A stretch of 64,000 bases of DNA, taken from contig CAZSQP010000002.1 of NCBI GenBank assembly GCA_964609075.1, positions 72,235 through 136,234 on the forward strand, in the 5' to 3' direction. Source of the stretch: an uncultured Candidatus Saccharibacteria bacterium. GTDB taxonomy: Bacteria > Patescibacteriota > Minisyncoccia > Minisyncoccales > GWA2-38-27. Positions 57,969 to 64,000 of this stretch are shown one piece after another (position 1 is the stretch's first letter; each line of letters starts with the position of its first letter). Position numbers and translations under genes: made by a program. The notes beneath the pieces were generated by a model. The model worked only from the letters and a program-made list of their open reading frames with translations, was not told the origin of the DNA and did not search any database.

Positions 57969-58931
57969 ATGAGATATATTTTAATTTTTATCGCTTTTTT
58001 GGTTTTAGGTTTTTTTATCCTAAACTTTTTGCCTTCAAGAGATTTTACTGTAGAAAATCCTCCAACTGATTTTTTAAAAGAAAAAGAAATAAAACTCTTT
58101 TTTGTCGGAGATCTAATGTTAGATAGGGGAGTGGAGCTGAAAGTTAAAAGAGAGGCAGGTGGAGATTTTAAGTTTGTTTTTTCTAAAATAGAAAAAGAGT
58201 TAAAAAAAGCAGATCTTCTTTTTGGTAATTTAGAAAGTATTATTTCAGATAAAGGGACTAATGTAGGAAGCAAGTATTCTTTCAGGTCAGATCCAGAATC
58301 AATGGAAGCTTTGACTTATGCCGGTTTTAATATTATTTCTTTAGCTCATAACCATGCTTTAGATTATACTAATAAAGCTTTAGAAGATTGTATGGAAAGG
58401 TTGAAAGAAGCTGGTATTGATTATGTGGGAGCAGGAAATAAAGAGGAGGCTTTCTCTTTAAAGATAAAAGAAGTAGATGATTTAAGGATAGGCTTTTTAG
58501 CTTTTACCGACCTAGGCACAGAATATTGGAAAGCAGGAGAGGAGAGTGTAGGTATTGCCTGGGTAAAGGAAGCCCCAAGAGAAATTATTTCTAAAGCTAA
58601 AGAAAAAGTAGATATTCTAGTAGTTTCTTTTCATTCAGGCAAAGAATACATTATAGAACCAGAATCCTCTAAAATCTCTCTTTTTAAAGAAATTATAGAA
58701 AGCGGAGCAGATTTAGTTGTAGGTCATCATCCTCATGTAGTTCAGCCTATTGAGAAATACAAGCAGGGATGGATAGCTTATAGTCTAGGAAACTTTGTTT
58801 TTGATCAAAACTTTTCTGAAGAGACAATGGAAGGTCTTTTACTGGAGGTTTTAATAAAAGGAAAAGTGATTAAAGAGGTTAATCCTAGAGAAATAGAAAT
58901 ATCAGATTCTTTTCAGCCCTATTTTGAGTAA
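57969..58931 (+). CDS. CapA/PgsA-family metallophosphoesterase-like protein
   Basis: FFVGDLMLDRGV, GNLESIISDKG, SLAHNHALDY and VGHHPHVVQP. Confidence 0.8.
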   Translation: MRYILIFIAFLVLGFFILNFLPSRDFTVENPPTDFLKEKEIKLFFVGDLMLDRGVELKVKREAGGDFKFVFSKIEKELKKADLLFGNLESIISDKGTNVGSKYSFRSDPESMEALTYAGFNIISLAHNHALDYTNKALEDCMERLKEAGIDYVGAGNKEEAFSLKIKEVDDLRIGFLAFTDLGTEYWKAGEESVGIAWVKEAPREIISKAKEKVDILVVSFHSGKEYIIEPESSKISLFKEIIESGADLVVGHHPHVVQPIEKYKQGWIAYSLGNFVFDQNFSEETMEGLLLEVLIKGKVIKEVNPREIEISDSFQPYFE

Positions 58932-58966
58932 AAAAAGGGCGCGGTCTGATTTTTCAAACCGCGCCG
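58930..58966 (-). terminator. rho-independent terminator (minus-strand gene; also closes capA-like)
   Basis: ggcgcggt (58938-45) pairs with accgcgcc (58958-65). The minus-strand reading is followed by cttttttt. Confidence 0.8.
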
Positions 58967-58987
58967 GTTTGGTGCAGAACGAAGGTG

Positions 58988-59665
58988 TTACCAACCTCCG
59001 TCATCGAAGAAGTCGTCCAGGGCTTCGCCCGGACCTCTGCTTCGACCCCAACTACTTCGACCCCAGGAACCTCCTCGTGAATGACGGGAATGTGAGCGAC
59101 GGGGTTGACACCCGTTGCTCCAGGCACCGTCAAAGTATTGATCGAGGGCCTCCCCAGCGGTCCTGCCTTGATAGCGGACTCTTCGGGGTTGGGGAGCGTG
59201 TTGGGGTGGGCCACCTCCTTGCTGTACCACGATCACCTTGTTCTGGTGATTGTGGTAGACCAGGACTTTGTTTTCCGTCCTGGAGGGAATGGCAGTCCTC
59301 AACTCGTCTCTTTCAGGCCTTGCAGACGGTTCGGAAACGGGGGCTGGCTCCGGAAGAGGAGTCCTTTCGGGCTCTTCCTTTTTGAATCTGTACCGAAGCT
59401 TAAGCTCCGCGTGCGTGGTGGCGGTAGTGCCTTCTGGCACTTCCACCGTGCCGCCGTTTTCCAGTTCGATCGAAGAAGGAATCTCCTTCTCGATCTTACT
59501 GACACCTTCCAGGACGACTTCTTCGTCGTCCAGGGTGGCGTACACTGGAGTCCTTGTCTTCGTTTCCACCTTCTGAGGTTCGTTCTGCTTTCCCCAGTTG
59601 AGGGCGACGATCAATCCGATCAACGCCACAACCGCTAATGCCAGACCGATCTTCCTGATGTCCAT
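58988..59665 (-). CDS. G+C-rich membrane-anchored protein with a Pro/Glu-rich linker and an RG/RS-rich tail
   Basis: N-terminal anchor MDIRKIGLALAVVALIGLIVAL. The tail has two GEALDxxFD motifs and SHSRHSRGGSWGRSSWGRSRG. SD aaggag. A consensus promoter lies upstream. 34/60 G+C at 59041-59100. Confidence 0.6.
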   Translation of the reverse strand: MDIRKIGLALAVVALIGLIVALNWGKQNEPQKVETKTRTPVYATLDDEEVVLEGVSKIEKEIPSSIELENGGTVEVPEGTTATTHAELKLRYRFKKEEPERTPLPEPAPVSEPSARPERDELRTAIPSRTENKVLVYHNHQNKVIVVQQGGGPPQHAPQPRRVRYQGRTAGEALDQYFDGAWSNGCQPRRSHSRHSRGGSWGRSSWGRSRGPGEALDDFFDDGGW

Positions 59666-59720
59666 GTCTTACTCCTTGTTTTGATACTGCACCTTGTTTG
59701 TGAAGAGCTACTATACTAAC

Positions 59721-59749
59721 ATTGTATCATATAAGATTACTTTTGTCAA
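59721..59749 (-). promoter_or_regulatory. consensus sigma70-type promoter (minus strand)
   Basis: The minus strand reads TTGACA (59749-59744), 17 nt, TACAAT (59726-59721). Confidence 0.65.
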
Positions 59750-59795
59750 GGATTTTATTGTCTTCTTTTGCAAAATAGGATAAAATAGAAAAATC

Positions 59796-61262
59796 ATGGC
59801 TACAATAGATCAAATAAGGGAAAATAGAATTAAAAAGGTAAAAGCTATTAAAGCTGCCGGTCTTTCTGTTTATCCTTCAGAGACGAAGAGAACTTATAAT
59901 ATAGGAGAAGCTCTCGATAATTTTAGTAAGCTCTCTAAATCAGAGAAAGAGGTTGTTTTAGCAGGAAGAATGATGTCTTTAAGAGAACATGGAGCTTTAA
60001 CTTTTTCCAACTTGAGAGATAAAGAGGGAAGTATCCAGTTAATGTTCAGGGAGAACAGAATGGGAGAGAAGGGGTACAAGTTCTTTTTGGATAATTTTGA
60101 TATTGGAGATTTTATTGAGGTTAAAGGAGTTTTAATGAAAACTAAAAAGGGAGAGAAAACTCTTTTAGTCTCAGATTACAAGATGCTGGCAAAATCTCTT
60201 CTTCCTTTGCCTGAAAAGTGGCATGGGATAAAAGATATCGAGGAAAGATACAGAAAAAGGTATTTAGATCTTTTATTCAATGAAGATATTAAAGAAAACT
60301 TTAAGAAAAGATCTGAGATAATAAAGAGCTTGAGAGAGTTTTTAGAAAAGGAAGATTTTATGGAAGTAGAGACTCCTGTGTTACAGCCTGTTTACGGAGG
60401 AGCAGAAGCCAAACCCTTTAAAACTCATTTGAATGCTCAGAATCTTGATTTGTATTTAAGAATAGCTCCAGAACTCTATTTAAAGAGATTGTTGGCAGGA
60501 GGATTTGAAAAAGTTTATGAGATAGGGAAGTGTTTTAGGAACGAAGGAATAGACAAGTCCCACAACCCAGACTTTACCATGTTGGAACTTTATTGGGCCT
60601 ATGCCAATTATAAGGATATGGCAGAATTTACAGAAAAGATGTTCTCTTACATTCTAAAGAAAGTCTTTAAAAAACAAGAGATAGAATATGAAGGAAAAAA
60701 GATAAATTTCAAAACTCCCTGGAAGAGAATCGACTATTTTGATCTGTTCAAAAAAGAAACAGGAATCAATTTGGAAGATATTTCAGGAGAAGCTCTCAAA
60801 AAAGAAGCTGAGAAAATGGGGATAAAGACAGAAAAAGGAGATCAGAAACCCCAAGTAGCAGACAAAATATTCAAAGAGAAGTGTCGTCCTAAAATATGGC
60901 AGCCTACTATAGTTCTTCATTATCCTAAAGGTTCTTTTCCTTTGTCTAAAAACTATGAGAAAAATGAAAAGAAACTGGCCTGTTTCCAGTTAATAGTAGC
61001 TGGATGGGAATTAGTTAAAGTTTTTACAGAGCTTAATGATCCCCTAGAGCAAAAAGAAAGGTTTAAAGAGCAAGAAAAATACTTTAAAAAGGGGTTAGAG
61101 GAAGCCCAGAGAATGGACAAAGACTTTTTAACAGCTTTAGAATACGGCGTTCCGCCTGCTGCCGGTTTTGGCATGGGAATAGACAGACTGACTGCTTTAT
61201 TAACAAATTCCCATAGTTTAAGGGAGATAATATTATTTCCTACAATGAAGCCTAAAGAATAA
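59796..61262 (+). CDS. lysS: lysine--tRNA ligase (class II)
   Basis: OB-fold N-terminus, motif 2 FRNEGIDKSHNPDFTMLE, and motif 3 GFGMGIDRL. Confidence 0.92.
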   Translation: MATIDQIRENRIKKVKAIKAAGLSVYPSETKRTYNIGEALDNFSKLSKSEKEVVLAGRMMSLREHGALTFSNLRDKEGSIQLMFRENRMGEKGYKFFLDNFDIGDFIEVKGVLMKTKKGEKTLLVSDYKMLAKSLLPLPEKWHGIKDIEERYRKRYLDLLFNEDIKENFKKRSEIIKSLREFLEKEDFMEVETPVLQPVYGGAEAKPFKTHLNAQNLDLYLRIAPELYLKRLLAGGFEKVYEIGKCFRNEGIDKSHNPDFTMLELYWAYANYKDMAEFTEKMFSYILKKVFKKQEIEYEGKKINFKTPWKRIDYFDLFKKETGINLEDISGEALKKEAEKMGIKTEKGDQKPQVADKIFKEKCRPKIWQPTIVLHYPKGSFPLSKNYEKNEKKLACFQLIVAGWELVKVFTELNDPLEQKERFKEQEKYFKKGLEEAQRMDKDFLTALEYGVPPAAGFGMGIDRLTALLTNSHSLREIILFPTMKPKE

Positions 61263-61264
61263 TT

Positions 61265-62515
61265 ATGTTGGATATAGAATATATTAGAGAAAATCCAAAA
61301 GAAATAGAAAAAGGAGCTAAAGACAAAAGCGTTAAAATAGATGTTAACAAGCTTTTGGATATAGATAAAAAGAGGAGAAAAAACCTGACTCAGTTAGAAG
61401 AATTAAGAGCTGAAAAAAACAAAGCTAACAAAGAAATAGCTAAAGCTAAAAACAAAAAGAAACTTATCTCAGAGATGAAAAAGGTGGATAAGAAAGCAGA
61501 TAAGCTTGAAAAGAAGCAGAAAGAGTTAAACAAGGAATTTGAAGACTTAATGTATAAAGTGCCCAATATTCCTTTTGAAGACGTTCCTATAGGAAAAGAT
61601 GATTCAGAAAACGTAGTTTTGAGAAAAGAAGGAGAGAAAACAAAGTTTGATTTTGAAAACAAAGATTATTTAGAGATAGCCAAAAAGCTTGATTTGGTGG
61701 ATATAAGGAGAGCAGCTAAGATTTCCGGAAGCAGGTTTGGATATCTTAAAAGAGAAGCTGTTTTATTGGAGTTTGCTTTAGTTAATCTTGCTTTTGATAC
61801 TTTAAGGAAAGAGGGATTTGTTCCTGTTATCCCTCCTGTTTTGGTAAAGCCTGAGATAATGAGAGGAATGGGATATATCGATACCAAAGAGGATGCAAAT
61901 GAAACCTATTATTTAGAAGAAGATGATCTTTTCCTTGTAGGAACTTCAGAACAGTCAATAGGGCCTATGCATAAGGATGAGGTTCTAGAAAAATTTCCTA
62001 AAAGATATGTTGCTTTCTCAACCTGTTTTAGAGAAGAAGCAGGTTCTTATGGAAAAGATACCAAAGGGATACTAAGAGTTCATCAGTTCGACAAATTAGA
62101 AATGTTCAGCTTTGTAAAGCCAGAAGATTCTAAAAAAGAGCATCAATTTCTCTTATCTTTAGAAGAAAAACTTATGAAGCTTTTAGGCCTTCCTTATCAG
62201 GTAATAAATATTTGTACTGGTGACTTGGGAAGACCGGCAGCTGCTAAATACGATATTGAAGCCTGGATACCTTCAGAAGGGAGATATAGAGAAACTCATT
62301 CTACTTCCAACTGCACTGACTTTCAATCAAGAAGGTTGAATATTAAATACAGAAACAAGGAGAATAAATTAGAATATGTTCATACCCTAAATGGGACAGC
62401 TTTTGCCATAGGAAGGATTATTATAGCTATAATAGAGAATTATCAGCAAAAAGACGGAAGCATAAAGGTCCCAGAAGCTCTTCATAAATATTTAGATTTT
62501 AAAGAGATAAAATAA
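61265..62515 (+). CDS. serS: serine--tRNA ligase
   Basis: N-terminal coiled-coil arm, FREEAGSYGKDTKGILRVHQFDKLE, TGDLG..AAKYDIEAW and SNCTDFQSRRL. Confidence 0.92.
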   Translation: MLDIEYIRENPKEIEKGAKDKSVKIDVNKLLDIDKKRRKNLTQLEELRAEKNKANKEIAKAKNKKKLISEMKKVDKKADKLEKKQKELNKEFEDLMYKVPNIPFEDVPIGKDDSENVVLRKEGEKTKFDFENKDYLEIAKKLDLVDIRRAAKISGSRFGYLKREAVLLEFALVNLAFDTLRKEGFVPVIPPVLVKPEIMRGMGYIDTKEDANETYYLEEDDLFLVGTSEQSIGPMHKDEVLEKFPKRYVAFSTCFREEAGSYGKDTKGILRVHQFDKLEMFSFVKPEDSKKEHQFLLSLEEKLMKLLGLPYQVINICTGDLGRPAAAKYDIEAWIPSEGRYRETHSTSNCTDFQSRRLNIKYRNKENKLEYVHTLNGTAFAIGRIIIAIIENYQQKDGSIKVPEALHKYLDFKEIK

Positions 62516-62631
62516 TGGAAGTTATTATAGCTATTATAGTTTTAGTAGTGATTGCTCTGGGTTTAGGGTGGATTGTAACTAATGAGGTATCTTTTGAGGC
62601 AAATTCTATGCGTGTCTTAGAATCCAGATAA
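62515..62631 (+). CDS. possible 38-aa single-TM peptide (below the ORF-track cutoff)
   Basis: My translation is MEVIIAIIVLVVIALGLGWIVTNEVSFEANSMRVLESR. Its ATG overlaps the serS stop (TAATG), and it exactly fills the gap to the next gene. Confidence 0.35.
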   Translation: MEVIIAIIVLVVIALGLGWIVTNEVSFEANSMRVLESR

Positions 62632-62632
62632 T

Positions 62633-63403
62633 ATGGAAGAAAAAGTTACTATTAAAGGAGTTGAATCCAATTGTAGAATAAAGGGGGAGGGAAGACCTCT
62701 TTTAATTTTACACGGTTGGGGGCTTGGTTCCTCCAACTCCTGGTTTAAAGTCCAAAAAATGCTTTCTTTGCAGGGTTTTAAAGTAATAGCTCCTGATTTT
62801 CCAGGGTTTGGAAAAAGCTCCAAACCTCCTTTCCCTTGGACTGTTTCAGATTATGCTGATTGGCTTAGAGGGCTTGTAGACTATTTTAAATTGGAAAAGT
62901 TTTCTGTAATAGCTCATTCTTTTGGAGGAAGAGTTATTGTAAAATACATTGCAGAAGATGGAGACAAGATAGAGAAACTTATTCTTTGTTCTCCTGCTGG
63001 GGTAAAGCCTAAAAAAAACATTGAAGCTAAATTAGCTTTTTGGATGAGCAGAATAGGAAATGTTATTTTTAATATTAAGTATTTGAAAAAATTTAGAGAG
63101 ACAATAAAAAGTATATTCTATCTTTTTTTAAGAAAGACAGACTATGTTAAATCCCAAGGCGTAATGAGAGAGACTATTAAAAAGGTTTTGGAAGAAGATT
63201 TGACTCCTTATCTTTCAGGAATTAAAATAAACACTCTTCTTGTTTGGGGAAAGAGAGATAAGATAGTTCCTCTAAAATACGCCTCTATTTTTAAAAGAGA
63301 GATTGAAAATTCAGAATTGAAGACAATTCCCAAGGCAGCTCATAGTCCTCATCTTGATAACCCAGAAAAGCTTTTAGAAATAATAATTCCTTTTTTAAGA
63401 TAA
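62633..63403 (+). CDS. alpha/beta-fold hydrolase
   Basis: LILHGWGLGS, nucleophile elbow AHSFGG, and a C-terminal His region AAHSPH. Confidence 0.8.
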   Translation: MEEKVTIKGVESNCRIKGEGRPLLILHGWGLGSSNSWFKVQKMLSLQGFKVIAPDFPGFGKSSKPPFPWTVSDYADWLRGLVDYFKLEKFSVIAHSFGGRVIVKYIAEDGDKIEKLILCSPAGVKPKKNIEAKLAFWMSRIGNVIFNIKYLKKFRETIKSIFYLFLRKTDYVKSQGVMRETIKKVLEEDLTPYLSGIKINTLLVWGKRDKIVPLKYASIFKREIENSELKTIPKAAHSPHLDNPEKLLEIIIPFLR

Positions 63404-63404
63404 T

Positions 63405-64000
63405 ATGTCGTTTATTCTATCTTTATTCTGGTTTTTAAGGACTGTCAAGACAGCTCTCTTCTACTTTTATCTATGGCAGCTTAAAGAATACCAGGTAAGA
63501 AGATTCATAGACCATTTCAGAACTTATAAAGGAAGAAGTCTTTTTTTAAACAACCTCTATTTTCTGAAAATATTCCTTTTAATTCTCTTTGGATTATTCT
63601 TTCTTTTAAGAAACTCTTTCCAGGAAGGAGTTTTTGGAACCTTTCTTTTTCTTTTCTCTCTAGCTCTAATCTTAATCTATCTTACAGAAATATTATTTGC
63701 TATTAAAAGAAATTTTAAAAGGCCTGTCTTTACTAAAAAGACAATTTTAGTTTTATCGTTAGGAGTCCTTCTAGAAATTGTTTTCATATCATTCTTTTTC
63801 AGAAATTCTCTTTTACCTCTAGCCCTTTTAGCTTTTGATTTTCTCTCTCCTTTGATTTTTTCTCTGATTGTTTTAATAATTCAACCTTTAGCTGTTTTAA
63901 TAAAACTCTACTATATTAAAAAAGCAAAAGAGAAGATAAGAAAACAGAACAATCTTTTAGTAATAGGAATCACTGGAAGTTATGGCAAAAGTTCTACTAA
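63405..64000 (+). CDS. murF: MurF-like Mur ligase with a long polytopic N-terminal membrane extension (3' partial; runs off the window)
   Basis: My translation from ATG 63405 gives about 185 aa of hydrophobic segments (SLFWFLRTVKTALFYFYLW ... LIVLIIQPLAVLIKLYYI), then LLVIGITGSYGKSST (the Mur ligase P-loop) at the window edge. Confidence 0.7.
   Translation, partial: MSFILSLFWFLRTVKTALFYFYLWQLKEYQVRRFIDHFRTYKGRSLFLNNLYFLKIFLLILFGLFFLLRNSFQEGVFGTFLFLFSLALILIYLTEILFAIKRNFKRPVFTKKTILVLSLGVLLEIVFISFFFRNSLLPLALLAFDFLSPLIFSLIVLIIQPLAVLIKLYYIKKAKEKIRKQNNLLVIGITGSYGKSST

Noticed and set aside
58924-59638. Plus-strand ORFs of 153, 177 and 102 aa and minus-strand ORFs of 86 and 68 aa, all overlapping the 225-aa gene
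   Set aside because: They are shadow ORFs produced by a stop-poor, G+C-rich stretch. They lack an SD, promoter or terminator, whereas the 58988-59665 minus-strand frame has all three.
1-64000. CRISPR arrays, rRNA genes, IS transposases and reverse transcriptases
   Set aside because: I looked for regularly spaced direct repeats of 25-40 nt, rRNA-like conserved blocks, and DDE, Y1 or RT motifs, and found none. The only tandem or dispersed repeats are the 8-mer array at 19518-19569, the 12/15-mers at 30548-30698 and the 81-nt block.

Overview
This window is a low-G+C bacterial chromosome segment. A hand-counted backbone line, 61-120, has 18/60 G+C. Genes are short and tightly packed, many orphans carry N-terminal membrane anchors, and the division/cell-wall (dcw) gene set is scattered. 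That style fits small-genome uncultivated lineages such as Patescibacteria/CPR, but this is inference only because no rRNA is present. The backbone genes are: a clpC-like ATPase; mraZ-rsmH-ftsL-ftsI plus a degenerate Mur-ligase fragment; tRNA-Glu; a cation trio (VIT-like, P-type ATPase, CaCA exchanger); rmuC, rplU, recR, dnaB, cysS, a gtrA-like gene and dnaX; an S8 protease, a pyrC-like gene, efp, fmt, thpR and murC; aspS, a D-Ala-D-Ala carboxypeptidase and mraY; hicBA; murI-murD-ftsW-murG; a capA-like gene, lysS, serS, a hydrolase and a membrane-anchored murF-like gene. Three things stand out. (1) An integrated element of about 13 kb (about 22.2-35.4 kb) abuts tRNA-Gln. It carries a large serine recombinase whose ORF ends inside the tRNA, a primase-ATPase fusion, a 696-aa orphan, an excisionase-type HTH and a type III R-M operon. 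Two hairpin-dense, RNA-like elements bracket that operon: a 5' leader with an apparent alternative-pairing switch over the mod start codon, and a 152-nt closed multi-helix 3' element whose helix order and two sequence blocks recall a miniature RNase P RNA. (2) At least five clearly G+C-rich single-gene or small-operon cassettes sit between housekeeping genes. Most have a near-consensus TTGACA-17-TAnnAT promoter, and all have an SD-preceded ORF encoding a small membrane, secreted or repeat protein and a strong terminator. One of them encodes a PEP-CTERM protein. (3) An 81-nt block that is nearly identical at the nucleotide level encodes the N-terminal anchor of three otherwise divergent genes. 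Two of these flank hicBA, and one looks split. I saw no CRISPR array, rRNA or transposase.
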